Positions 27,986 to 37,468 of a stretch of 42,984 bases of DNA are shown piece by piece; the first letter of the stretch is position 1, and each line of letters begins with the position of its first letter. Location of the stretch: contig JBGASG010000019.1 in assembly GCA_044229845.1 (NCBI GenBank), positions 1-42,984 on the forward strand, given 5' to 3'. The notes beneath the pieces were generated by a model. It was not told the origin of the DNA, searched no databases, and saw only the letters and a program-made list of their open reading frames with translations. Source of the DNA: Candidatus Obscuribacteraceae bacterium. GTDB taxonomy: Bacteria > Cyanobacteriota > Vampirovibrionia > Obscuribacterales > Obscuribacteraceae. The position numbers and the translations under genes were made by a program.

Positions 27986-29059
27986 ATGGCTCGACTAGCC
28001 CTTCCTATTCTCTGCAGCCTCATGGTTATCGGTCAGTCTGTCGTGCCGGCCATGGCAGCCAGTTCGTCGCAGCCAGAATTGAAGTTCAAGATTTACTCAC
28101 CATCCGGCAGCGGTTCCGCCGCAAGCCAGGAAGCAGCACCAGCGCCAGCCAGCGAAGATAAAGGCGATGGCGGATTCTGGACAGATGCTCCGCCCTCGGC
28201 TTCAGATAAGGTTTCAGAGACCGAAGCGACTCCAGCTGCCAGCACGACAGCTGAAGAAACGGCTGCGCCGGCCACACCGGCGACCGCCGAGTCGACACCC
28301 AAAGCTGAAGCGGCTGTCACCGCCACCGAGGCTGCTCCGGCTGCTGACAACTCCGCCAAGCAATTGACGACGGAAACCGCAGCCGAAGATACCCAACCGG
28401 CAGCCGATACCAGCGCCGCCTCTACAGAATCGACGACCACTACCGCATCGGCCGACAGAAAAGTATTGCAAGGCTATATACGCGTCGTCCCCACCGGAAC
28501 GAAAATTCCCATCATTATGGATACGGCAGTCGACAGCGACACCAGCCAGGAAGGCGATGAGTTTTCCGCACGCACCAGCGAAGACTTGAACATCGATGGT
28601 GCAACGGTGGTGCCGGCGGGCTCCGTCATAAAAGGTCGGATTGCTGCACTCAATGCTCCGCGGGCGCTTATGCGCGGCGGTTCGGTAGCGCTCAAGTTCG
28701 ATACCGTCACCACACCAGATAATCGCCAGATTCCTCTGGTCGCCACCATCGTCGCTCGTGGGGGCGTCGTTCACGCCCGCCGCGGCATGAAGGACATCGC
28801 CATCGACACCAGCACCGTCGCCTTGCCGACACTTCTGGGTCTGGGCATTGGCGCTATCGCCGGAAACGCCTCGTCAAACAACAGCGACGGCAGCTCCAAG
28901 TCTGGAATCGGGCTGGCGGGCGGCGCATTGATCGGCGCTGGCGTCGGCATTGCCATCGGTGCCATCATCCTGTGCGCTAAGAAAGGCAAGAAAGTTGATG
29001 TGCGTCCCGGCGACGAACTCAAGATCGAGTTGGCTGAAGACCTGCGCATGCCTATGTAG
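27986..29059 (+). CDS. Exported protein with TrbI/VirB10-like beta domain and glycine-zipper
   Basis: AAGGAG RBS; signal peptide; VPTGTKI..GDEF...VVPAGSVIKGRI..LKFD; GAIAG..GGALIGAGVG; VRPGDELKIEL. Confidence 0.75.
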   Translation: MARLALPILCSLMVIGQSVVPAMAASSSQPELKFKIYSPSGSGSAASQEAAPAPASEDKGDGGFWTDAPPSASDKVSETEATPAASTTAEETAAPATPATAESTPKAEAAVTATEAAPAADNSAKQLTTETAAEDTQPAADTSAASTESTTTTASADRKVLQGYIRVVPTGTKIPIIMDTAVDSDTSQEGDEFSARTSEDLNIDGATVVPAGSVIKGRIAALNAPRALMRGGSVALKFDTVTTPDNRQIPLVATIVARGGVVHARRGMKDIAIDTSTVALPTLLGLGIGAIAGNASSNNSDGSSKSGIGLAGGALIGAGVGIAIGAIILCAKKGKKVDVRPGDELKIELAEDLRMPM

Positions 29060-29636
29060 TGCGGCGCACTGTAGGTTCAGCCCAGAAAATCGCATTCGCT
29101 AAATTACGCGTTTTATCAGCCGCACTTCGCAAGCGCTGGGAATAACTGCTCGCTCAAAATTAGCCAGCGGGAAAACCCTGAATGTTTCTCAGTGCAAGGC
29201 GCGGGTGGCTTTCATTCTAAACAGTCTCACTTGGGACGCCGAAACGTTGCAGAATTGCGCTTGGAGCCAAACAAGCCGGAAGTTGCCCGGCTGAGTGACC
29301 GCTCCAGTGCGACTGTTCACGCTCAGCCTTTTTCTGTTATTCGACTATCTCAGCCCCCAGGGGCTGGGCGCGAGCGGACATCAAAATCCTGTAATATTGA
29401 TTCCTGGGAGGGATTGCTGGTTTTCTCAAATGCAAACCCAGCCTTAGCGAGTAGGGTTTAAGTCTTGCGAGGTATAAGAGTTTAAGTTAGGATTAATCAT
29501 CCTGATTTCGCTCAATTCGGTACCCAGCGCTTACTAGACCATCCGCTTGACGCTGAGACTAGCTTGGGGAGACTTATGTTCGCTTCTCGCGCAAAATCGG
29601 CTCGCACATTGGCATAACACGCAGGCAGACACATTC

Positions 29637-31352
29637 ATGACGACAACAATGAAACCAGGCGGCTTCTCGGGCGCACAACGCGACCCGATGACGGCTGCGA
29701 TGCTGTCCTTGATTCCAGGACTCGGACAGCTCTACAACGGTGAGACACGCAAAGGATTTCTCTTCCTGGGCGTTGCCGCACTCAACTTCATAGCCTTCTT
29801 GGGCATGCTGTTTACTCAGCAAATCCTCGATGCGCTGTGGAACTTCGGACTGTCGTTCCATATGAAGCCCAACCGCATTCTGGTGACGACCCTGATGGAA
29901 GGGCGCCTGGGCAGTGCGGTGTCGTTCATTCTGCTCGGTTTCTTTCTGTCGTTCGTGGCATATGCAGCGCGTGATGCATACGACCACGCCGCCCTGAAGC
30001 GCCGCAAACTCTATCCCGATTTTGTTATTCAATTGCCGGAAGCGACCAGCGGTTCTTATATAGTGCACTTTTCGATCATGGTGGCACTGGGCTTCCTCTG
30101 CTTCTTCTTCATTTTGCCGCCGCCTCCCAAGTCGCACATCACAGATATCGAATTTATAGTCAATCAACCACCGACTCAAAAACGTGTCACCGCTCGCAAA
30201 CGCGCGGAGAAAGCCTCTGAGTCGCATGGCAAGCGCGATCCGAAAAAACCGGTGGTGGCACCGAACCCGGCTCCAAAAGCCCCCAGCCACAACACTGCTC
30301 CTTCCAAGCCGACTCCGCAAAAGTCGGAATCAAAACCGTCGGAGCAACCGACGCCGCAACCGAAGCCGGCGCCGATCCCGATGCCCAGCTTGCCTAACTT
30401 CTTTGCTGCTCCGCAGCCCAAGGTTTCACCGGCGCCGACACCGCAGCCGACTGCCATGCCGCGCGTCACCCCGTCGCCGATGGCGACACCAAGCCCGGTG
30501 CCGATGCCGCATGCGTCCGCACCGAAAGCTCCGGCGATGCCCAGTCTGGCGCCCAGCGCCATGCCGCGCGCCGGCGTCGGCGGACCAGCACCGACACCGG
30601 TGGCACGTCCATCGGGCGGCGCTCAGGGACTGCCCTCGATCGCGCCTTCGGCAGTGCCGTTTGCCGGTTCCGGCGGCGGTGCACCCGGTTTCGCACCGGC
30701 TCCTAGAATAGCCTCAGCGCCTGGCGGCGGCTTGTTCAGCCCGCCGGCACCGATTGCCTCCCCCGGTGGTGGCGGCGGTGGTGGCGCAGCCGGCGCACCA
30801 AGTCCGGTACCAGTGCCGTCCTCGGGCGGTGGTGGCGGCAAGGGTGGCGCAGGCAACCCGGCCGGCGGCGGCGCTCCAGCTCCGACCCGCGCCGGTAGAA
30901 GTGGTGGCGGTGGTGGTGGTGGTGCGCCCGGAATCGCCGTGGCTCCTTCCGTACCGCGTGCCGGTGGCGGTGGTGGCTCCGGTGAAAAAGGCAATCCGGA
31001 TGGTAATGACAACGGCCGCCCATCAGTGGCAGCCCAGGCCGATGTCGATTTCGGACCATACATGGCGGACCTTCAACGTCGCATCAAGCGCGCCTGGTTC
31101 CCGCCCAAGGGCAACGAGTCCAAGCGTGTTGTCGTCGTATTCAAAATCCACAAAATGGGTGAACTGTCCCACTTGAGAATCGACCATTCCTCAGGTGTGG
31201 CGGTAGCGGACCAGGCTGCACTGAAGGCTGTTGAAAACGCAGCGCCGTTCCGTCCACTCCCCAACGGAGCACCTGATGATGTGGACATTCAGTTTACGTT
31301 CGATTACAACGTATTCGGTGGTGGTGGTCGCGGAGTATTCCGTCAGTTCTAA
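29637..31352 (+). CDS. tonB: TonB/TolA family energy transducer with extra N-terminal TM helices
   Basis: SxxxH TM (SYIVH), Pro-rich linker, C-term FGPYMADLQRRIKRAW.PP...SSG...DQAALKAV..AAPF.PLP; upstream of exbBD. Confidence 0.85.
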   Translation: MTTTMKPGGFSGAQRDPMTAAMLSLIPGLGQLYNGETRKGFLFLGVAALNFIAFLGMLFTQQILDALWNFGLSFHMKPNRILVTTLMEGRLGSAVSFILLGFFLSFVAYAARDAYDHAALKRRKLYPDFVIQLPEATSGSYIVHFSIMVALGFLCFFFILPPPPKSHITDIEFIVNQPPTQKRVTARKRAEKASESHGKRDPKKPVVAPNPAPKAPSHNTAPSKPTPQKSESKPSEQPTPQPKPAPIPMPSLPNFFAAPQPKVSPAPTPQPTAMPRVTPSPMATPSPVPMPHASAPKAPAMPSLAPSAMPRAGVGGPAPTPVARPSGGAQGLPSIAPSAVPFAGSGGGAPGFAPAPRIASAPGGGLFSPPAPIASPGGGGGGGAAGAPSPVPVPSSGGGGGKGGAGNPAGGGAPAPTRAGRSGGGGGGGAPGIAVAPSVPRAGGGGGSGEKGNPDGNDNGRPSVAAQADVDFGPYMADLQRRIKRAWFPPKGNESKRVVVVFKIHKMGELSHLRIDHSSGVAVADQAALKAVENAAPFRPLPNGAPDDVDIQFTFDYNVFGGGGRGVFRQF

Positions 31353-31495
31353 GAGTAGTGAGAAGGGCCCAACGCGCCTTTTCAAAGAACCGGATAGAAT
31401 GCGCGGAGACCAGTTCGAAGTTCAGTTCAGTTGCGGCACAGATATCGATCTAGAGATGCGCTTACCGCAAACAGCAGGGAAAACTAGGAGAGACA

Positions 31496-32134
31496 ATGGA
31501 GAGTAAATTTTTCACGTTCTTCATGGAGTTCATGATCAAGGACTGGTTTGCGTCCATTCCGATCACCATTTGCTCCATCCTGACCGTGGCGGTAGTTATC
31601 GAGCGATATCTTTACTACCAAAAGAATCGCCGCGACGTGTCCGCTTTTATTCATGCGCTTCAGCGTGACCTTGAACGTGGTCAATTGCAATCGGCGCAAG
31701 CAAACTGCAGCCGCCTGGGCGGAGTCATCGGCGAAGTAGCCGAAGAAGGCGTCCGTCTGATGGCTGAACAGAAAGAAGACTTCTCGAAAGCTTTTGACAT
31801 CACTGTCGGTCTTGTCACCAGAAAGCTGGAGAAGAACCTGCCTATCCTCGGCACCATCGGCGCCACTGCTCCATTTATTGGATTGTTCGGAACAGTGGTC
31901 GGCGTCGTCTTCACCCTCGACCAACTTGGTGTCGGTGGTGGTGGCACACCGGTCGTGGTCGTAGGCGTTGCGAAGGCTCTGATCGCCACCGGTTACGGTC
32001 TGATCGTCGCCATTCTGGCAGTTATCTTCAACAACACGTACACCAACACCGTGAAGCGCTTCAACGACGACTTCCTGCTCCTCAAGCTGCTATTCCTCAG
32101 CTTCGTGGGCTCGGAAACCGCCAACGCTCACTGA
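31496..32134 (+). CDS. exbB: MotA/TolQ/ExbB proton channel protein
   Basis: LGTIGATAPFIGLFGTV.G, GVAKALIATGYGL.VAI.A; AGGAG RBS. Confidence 0.93.
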   Translation: MESKFFTFFMEFMIKDWFASIPITICSILTVAVVIERYLYYQKNRRDVSAFIHALQRDLERGQLQSAQANCSRLGGVIGEVAEEGVRLMAEQKEDFSKAFDITVGLVTRKLEKNLPILGTIGATAPFIGLFGTVVGVVFTLDQLGVGGGGTPVVVVGVAKALIATGYGLIVAILAVIFNNTYTNTVKRFNDDFLLLKLLFLSFVGSETANAH

Positions 32135-32144
32135 GGTAATCTAC

Positions 32145-32579
32145 ATGGCTATCGGTGGCAGCGACCAGGGCACGACATTCGAAGAAATCAACGTCACACC
32201 GTTGACCGACGTGTTTCTGGTGTTGCTGGTCATCATGATCTTGATTGCTCCCCTGATCGATAAATCCGATTTGAAGATCAAACCGCCCAATACTCGCAAC
32301 GCCAAAAAAGACGATGAGAGTAAGGCTGTCTTTATCGACATCGACAAAGACGGACACATCGCCATCAATAGTAAACAGATGGAAGAGAAAGGTCCGGAAG
32401 CGATCCAAGAGAAAATCAAAGAACTGCAAAAACGCGCCGGCCGCGATGATATCCCGGTGACGGTCAATGCAGACGGCGATTCCAGACAGCGTGATGTGGT
32501 GGCGGTGATGGCGGCGGCAGCGGCGTGCGGCATCAAACGCATGCGAGTTGCCACCATCCAGCAAGGCGCCACTGAGTAA
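32145..32579 (+). CDS. exbD: ExbD/TolR protein
   Basis: EINVTPLTDVFLVLLVIMI; V.VNAD. Confidence 0.93.
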   Translation: MAIGGSDQGTTFEEINVTPLTDVFLVLLVIMILIAPLIDKSDLKIKPPNTRNAKKDDESKAVFIDIDKDGHIAINSKQMEEKGPEAIQEKIKELQKRAGRDDIPVTVNADGDSRQRDVVAVMAAAAACGIKRMRVATIQQGATE

Positions 32580-32588
32580 CTTTCGACA

Positions 32589-33449
32589 ATGACCATCAAA
32601 CTGGGACTGATCGGACACCCGGTTTCGCACTCCATCTCTCCAGTTCTGCATAGCGCCGCTCTTCGCCATTGTGGGTTGAGCGGCGACTATCTTTTGCTCG
32701 ATACCCCTGCCGACGCGGTGGCAGACAGGCTGCTCCGACTGCCTCAAGAAGGCTTTACGGGAGTCAACGTCACTGTCCCACACAAGCAAGTCGTGATACC
32801 GCATATGGCATCATTGACCAACGCCGCACAGCGTTGCGGTGCCGTGAATACGATCAAGTTTGATGCCGCCGGAGCTCATGGTCACAACACCGACATGGCA
32901 GGCTTTTTGCATGCCCTGGACTATCATGGTATGGCAGGCAATGCGCGCGGGATGAACGTCTGCGTGGCAGGAGCTGGCGGCGCTGCACGGGCGGCCTTGT
33001 GGGCGCTCAATCAACTTGAGCCGCGCCAGATAACTCTGGTGGCGCGCCGTGCTGATGCCGCGCGCCAGTTGCTCGCTGAAGTGCGGGGAAGAAACGACGA
33101 CTGGCGAACCGAAATCGCCTGCATCGACGCCAGTGACGTTGGTGCGCTCCATCTTTTGCGCGAGCACATAGATTTGCTGGTCAACTGCACATCTATTGGT
33201 GTTACCGAGAAGCATGATCAGGTCCTGCCTGAATGGGCCTGTTCGCTGGTCGAGCACGGCTTGCGTCCGGACGCGGCGATCTTCGATATGGTCTACAAAA
33301 AATCGCTTTTTGCTGAGGTTGCTGCACGCCACAACCATCGGTTCGCTGACGGATTGGAGATGTTGCTTGGACAGGCGGTGCTGGCATTCGAGTATTGGAC
33401 GCAGCAATCGGTGCCGATTGAGGTCATGCGCGCTGCTCTCGATCGGTGA
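32589..33449 (+). CDS. aroE: Shikimate dehydrogenase
   Basis: GHPVSHSISP.LH, GVNVTVPHK, GAVNT, NTD, GAGGAARA, NCTSIG, DMVY, GLEMLLGQA. Confidence 0.97.
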   Translation: MTIKLGLIGHPVSHSISPVLHSAALRHCGLSGDYLLLDTPADAVADRLLRLPQEGFTGVNVTVPHKQVVIPHMASLTNAAQRCGAVNTIKFDAAGAHGHNTDMAGFLHALDYHGMAGNARGMNVCVAGAGGAARAALWALNQLEPRQITLVARRADAARQLLAEVRGRNDDWRTEIACIDASDVGALHLLREHIDLLVNCTSIGVTEKHDQVLPEWACSLVEHGLRPDAAIFDMVYKKSLFAEVAARHNHRFADGLEMLLGQAVLAFEYWTQQSVPIEVMRAALDR

Positions 33450-33483
33450 GAGGAAGGCAGGAGTGCCAAATCGCTCTTAGAGC

Positions 33484-33585
33484 AAATCAACAAAAGTGTT
33501 GATCTCAAGAGCGGCGGCCTTGCGAACTTGCGCAGCGCTGCGCGACCGACCCTGCGTCGCCGAAAATCAACAGAAGTGTTGATTT
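33484..33585. repeat. Two direct copies of a palindrome ATCAACA-N4-TGTTGAT, 80 bp apart
   Basis: AAATCAACAAAAGTGTTGATCT (33484-33505) and AAATCAACAGAAGTGTTGATTT (33564-33585). Confidence 0.85.
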
Positions 33586-33629
33586 CCCCTAAGAAGGTAA
33601 AGAGACCCCAGCCGCGGGGCACCAGTGAT

Positions 33630-33968
33630 TTAGACGAACGGTGCCTGACCTTCGAAGAAGATGGGCACCAGTTGCATAGCCAGACCGAGTTCACCATCGA
33701 TGGCGAGCATGCCGGAGAGCGCCGCTGTCATAGCGGAAAGTTTGCCGGACATGATCAGTTCGAGATCTTCGGAGCTGACAGAAATCGAGCAGTCCGGGCT
33801 GGGCGATTTGCCTTCTTCCACCGGCACCACTGTCAGATCGCCGTTGTTGATCTGAGCCAGCCAGGCGCCGCCACCATTGCCGGTGATGCGGAAGAGGTAG
33901 GTAGCAGTCACATTTTTAGCTGCTTGCTTGTTGAAACGTTTCTCTAGTTCTTCAATCGGGTTAGTCAC
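33630..33968 (-). CDS. SCP2 sterol/lipid-binding domain protein
   Basis: F..QAAKNVTATYLF.ITG.GGG.W, PDCSI, SGKLSAM.A..SG.L.IDG.L.LAM; start uncertain (33968 GTG or up to 34049). Confidence 0.88.
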   Translation of the reverse strand: MTNPIEELEKRFNKQAAKNVTATYLFRITGNGGGAWLAQINNGDLTVVPVEEGKSPSPDCSISVSSEDLELIMSGKLSAMTAALSGMLAIDGELGLAMQLVPIFFEGQAPFV

Positions 33969-34134
33969 GAGCACTGATACTTCCTCGCTGAGCACTCCAT
34001 GCTCTGCTTGCCAATGTTGCGGAACTGGCTCCAGCAGCCGGTCCATCAAGTGCTCGATTATAACTCACGGCTTGTAGCAAAGGGGAAGATGAGGAAATTT
34101 TCGTTGATCAGCCAGGGCACTCTGAACTAGCCTT

Positions 34135-34902
34135 TTGTTTGTGACTAGCGACGATTCGGACAAACCTGCATTCAATGGCGCGGCACCGGCTCCCGCCCGG
34201 CGCAAATCCGGGCGTGCCGGCAAATCGGTTTACGAAAAGACACGCTCCGGCAGTCAGCTTGCCAGTATCAACACAGTTCTAAACAAAGTGGTGTCAGGAC
34301 TCGGTCTTGATCGACGCTTGCGAGAAAACGCGTTGATCAGCCTCTGGCCGCAAGTTGTGGGCGACGGACTGGCGGCGAAGAGCCGCCCACTCTTCGTCGA
34401 CATTGAACGAAATCTGGTGGTTGCAGCCGCCAATGGCAGTGTGGCTCAGGAGCTGAGCCTGATGAAGCCGCAATTGATGCAGAAGCTGACCAAGCTGGCG
34501 GCTTCATTGCAAGTGGAAGTCAAAGGCATGCGGTTTGATCTGAAACATTTCCATCGCAATGAACAGGATGTTATTGCCGAGCCCGCTCCCGTTCCGCCCG
34601 CCATTCCTCAAAATGAAGAGTTGGAGGCGATTAACCTCAGTGCTGCCGATCTTGCGACCTTGCAGCAACTGGCCGGCGATTTGGACAGTCAGTCTGAACC
34701 CGAGGCGGTTCGCAGTCGCATCCTCAAGCTCTGTGAGCGCGAGTTGCGCATCCGAGCCTGGAGGCGGGCGCAAAACTATCCTGTCTGCCAGATTTGCGGC
34801 GATCCTGTGCCGCGGCTGCATGACACGCGCGCTGACAGTCCTGCTGACAACCGGCGCGTTTGCCCCTCCTGCCTATACAGCGGCTATGCTTCAGGCTCTT
34901 AG
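34135..34902 (+). CDS. DUF721/DciA family protein with C-terminal Zn-binding Cys pairs
   Basis: WPQVVG..LAAKSRP....L.V......AQEL..MK..L; CQIC and CPSC. Confidence 0.85.
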   Translation: MFVTSDDSDKPAFNGAAPAPARRKSGRAGKSVYEKTRSGSQLASINTVLNKVVSGLGLDRRLRENALISLWPQVVGDGLAAKSRPLFVDIERNLVVAAANGSVAQELSLMKPQLMQKLTKLAASLQVEVKGMRFDLKHFHRNEQDVIAEPAPVPPAIPQNEELEAINLSAADLATLQQLAGDLDSQSEPEAVRSRILKLCERELRIRAWRRAQNYPVCQICGDPVPRLHDTRADSPADNRRVCPSCLYSGYASGS

Positions 34903-35093
34903 TAGTTTGTAATCGGACGAAGACTGGTGGACAGAATCCGCGCAAAGGTCTGAGAATGCCAGCCGGACTGCATCGGCCGCCGTGCAACTGTGAAGTGTTT
35001 CCCAGATACGCCCGTTGACTACTGTGTTATGATTCGTCGGCTTCTAGTGGCGATTGTTGGTCGCCCTTGCGTGTAGTCGGGTGTGTTAAGTGC

Positions 35094-35816
35094 ATGCCCG
35101 CGCAGCCGACGGAGCAAGGTAACTTGATTCGACTTCAAAGTGTTCACAAGGAATACGCCGGACGGCCGGCTCTGATCAACGTTGATCTGCATATCCGGTT
35201 GGGCGAGTTCGCCTTTCTTGTCGGTCCATCGGGTGCCGGCAAGTCGACGCTGATGCGGCTGTTGTACCGCGAAGAGTTGCCCACTCAAGGCAATGTTCTG
35301 ATTGGCGGCGTCAATTTGACTCGTCTGGCACCGCGGCAGGTTCCACTTTTGCGCCGGCGATTGGGCATTGTTTTTCAAGATTACAAACTCTTGCCGCGCC
35401 AAACTGTTTTCGACAACGTTGCGTACATCTTGCGCGCACTGGGCGTCGACGAAGGCGATGTGAAGCGCCGTGTGGCCAGCGCGCTGGCCGTGGTCAATCT
35501 GGAAGACAAAGAAGACGCGATGCCAGACGAACTATCGGGCGGCGAACAGCAGCGCGTCGGCATTGCACGCGCTATCGTCAACGGTCCGCCCGTTCTGCTC
35601 GCAGATGAACCGACGGGCAACCTCGATCCGCAGACATCGCTGGAGATCGTGCAGCTGCTGGAGCGCATCAGTGAACGCGGCACCACAGTTTTGATTTCCA
35701 CCCACGATCATTTTATCGTCAACTCGCTGCGCCGCCGCGTCATCAGCTTGAAGAACGGACAGGTGGTTGCCGACGTCGACAGCGGCGTCTACGAAATCGA
35801 ACTGGAGGCTAAGTAA
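35094..35816 (+). CDS. ftsE: Cell division ATP-binding protein FtsE
   Basis: GPSGAGKST, LRRRLGIVFQDYKLL, LSGGEQQRV.IARA, LADEPTGNLDP; precedes ftsX. Confidence 0.96.
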   Translation: MPAQPTEQGNLIRLQSVHKEYAGRPALINVDLHIRLGEFAFLVGPSGAGKSTLMRLLYREELPTQGNVLIGGVNLTRLAPRQVPLLRRRLGIVFQDYKLLPRQTVFDNVAYILRALGVDEGDVKRRVASALAVVNLEDKEDAMPDELSGGEQQRVGIARAIVNGPPVLLADEPTGNLDPQTSLEIVQLLERISERGTTVLISTHDHFIVNSLRRRVISLKNGQVVADVDSGVYEIELEAK

Positions 35817-35818
35817 TC

Positions 35819-36688
35819 GTGCGCCAGATTCGCATTTTGGGCAGAGTCCTGGTTGAGACCGTTCTCGGTCTCAAGCGCAGCGGCTGGTCCAACTGGTTGG
35901 TAATCAGCATTCTCACCATTGCGCTCACCATATTTGGTGGCGTCCTGCAGACCACCATGGTTCTGAAAAACGTCATTCAAGCCTGGGGTTCGCAACTGGA
36001 AGTTTCGGCATACCTGAAAGACGGTTTCGATCCCAACGTGGTGGCCAAGAAAGCCAGCCAGATAGCCGATGTGCAGGTGGTCGAGATTGTGCCCAAGGAA
36101 GTCGCCTGGGCTGAGATGCAGCAGGCATTGAAGGTGGCGGCGGTCAACAATCCGTTGCCCAACACATTGCACGTCAAGATCTCTTCTCCTGAAGCTGTCG
36201 AGCGCACCGCAGAAAAATTGCGCAAGATGGAAGGAGTCGAGCATATTCGCTTTCCGTTGAAAGTGGCGAGAAACCTCAACAAGTTCCGTCAGTTCATCGA
36301 AATTGCCGGAGTCGTACTGACGGCGGCGTTATCGGCTGCGACCCTGACGCTGATTGGAAATACCATTCACCTGGTCATTCAAGCTCGCCATCGTGAAATC
36401 GAGATTCTCAGTTTGATGGGTGTCAGTCCCTGGTACATCAAAGGTCCGCTGATTCTGCAGGGAGCCGCTTATGGTGCCGGTGCGGCACTGGGTGCTGCGG
36501 CCCTTCTGTTCGGCGCGCATCTTTACATCGATCCGTATATCAACGACCAGCTGCTCAGTTTCTTGCCGATCTTGCCGCAATCTATGGATGCCGGCATGTT
36601 ACCCACCTTCTGCGTCATGTTGATGTTGGGAGTCGCAGTGGGCGCCGGCGGATCGGCCTGGACATCCGGACGTTACATCCGTATCTAA
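35819..36688 (+). CDS. ftsX: Cell division permease FtsX
   Basis: NPLPNT, IGNTIHL.IQARHREIEI..LMG....YIKGP. Confidence 0.95.
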   Translation: MRQIRILGRVLVETVLGLKRSGWSNWLVISILTIALTIFGGVLQTTMVLKNVIQAWGSQLEVSAYLKDGFDPNVVAKKASQIADVQVVEIVPKEVAWAEMQQALKVAAVNNPLPNTLHVKISSPEAVERTAEKLRKMEGVEHIRFPLKVARNLNKFRQFIEIAGVVLTAALSAATLTLIGNTIHLVIQARHREIEILSLMGVSPWYIKGPLILQGAAYGAGAALGAAALLFGAHLYIDPYINDQLLSFLPILPQSMDAGMLPTFCVMLMLGVAVGAGGSAWTSGRYIRI

Positions 36689-36715
36689 CGCCTGCTCGGC
36701 AAAAACGCGCATGTA

Positions 36716-36750
36716 AAAACTGCGACACCGTCCGTGGTATCGCAGTTCTT
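36716..36750. terminator. Probable bidirectional terminator between ftsX and the cyclophilin gene
   Basis: AACTGCGA..TCGCAGTT stem flanked by A and T runs in a convergent gap. Confidence 0.55.
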
Positions 36751-36770
36751 GATTGTCGTTTTGTCGACGC

Positions 36771-37388
36771 TTACTTGACGGTAGCGCCTTGCTGAATTTC
36801 GGCTTTGACGATCTTGTCGCCTTTGCGCAGGGTCTTCACGACCGGCAGTCCATCGACAACCTTGCCGAATACCGCGTATTTCATATCGAGGAACGACGCC
36901 GGGGCGAGGGTGATGTAGAACTGGCAACTGGCCGAATTAGGATCGGAGCTGCGAGCCATGGCTACCATGCCGGCTTGATCGTGCTTCAAACCTGGTTTTA
37001 CTTCCAACTGAATGCGACGTTCTGATTGGGTAGCAGGGTCGATATAACCGCCCGTGCCATCACCTTTGGGGTCGCCGCCTTGAATGACGAAATCAGGCTC
37101 GTAGCGGTGGAAAGTCAGTCCGTTGTAGAAACCCTTACCGACGAGGTCCAGGAAGTTTTGTGAGGTGATGGGAGCATCCTTCGCAAAGATTTGCATCTTG
37201 ATTGTGCCTTTGGAAGTCTCCATCACAACGATTTGATCTTGATTCATATTTGCCTTCTTTTTCGAGGATGCGCTGCTCGTGGGCAACGCCCATGCGGAGT
37301 CGCTGGTGACATTTGTGAAAAGTCCACTGGCGAACGCCGCTGTCAACGCCAACGCGACGAAACCGGTGTTGAACATGGTTTTGGACAT
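36771..37388 (-). CDS. Exported cyclophilin-type peptidyl-prolyl isomerase
   Basis: [43 protein letters not shown]. Confidence 0.95.
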   Translation of the reverse strand: MSKTMFNTGFVALALTAAFASGLFTNVTSDSAWALPTSSASSKKKANMNQDQIVVMETSKGTIKMQIFAKDAPITSQNFLDLVGKGFYNGLTFHRYEPDFVIQGGDPKGDGTGGYIDPATQSERRIQLEVKPGLKHDQAGMVAMARSSDPNSASCQFYITLAPASFLDMKYAVFGKVVDGLPVVKTLRKGDKIVKAEIQQGATVK

Positions 37389-37468
37389 GCTTCTACCTTT
37401 GTATCCCTTTGCAACCGTAACAATCAGCAGATATTCTAGCAACAGGCGCTGCGGCGCCCATGAAAATG

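Noticed and set aside
29060..29636. Cobalamin, TPP or c-di-GMP riboswitch upstream of tonB
   Set aside because: I could not find the consensus cores by eye; kept only as an unassigned structured region
33484..33585. Mini-CRISPR, dif, parS or FNR site
   Set aside because: Only two repeats, a 58-nt palindromic spacer and no cas genes; does not match dif or parS, and the half-site order is the reverse of FNR
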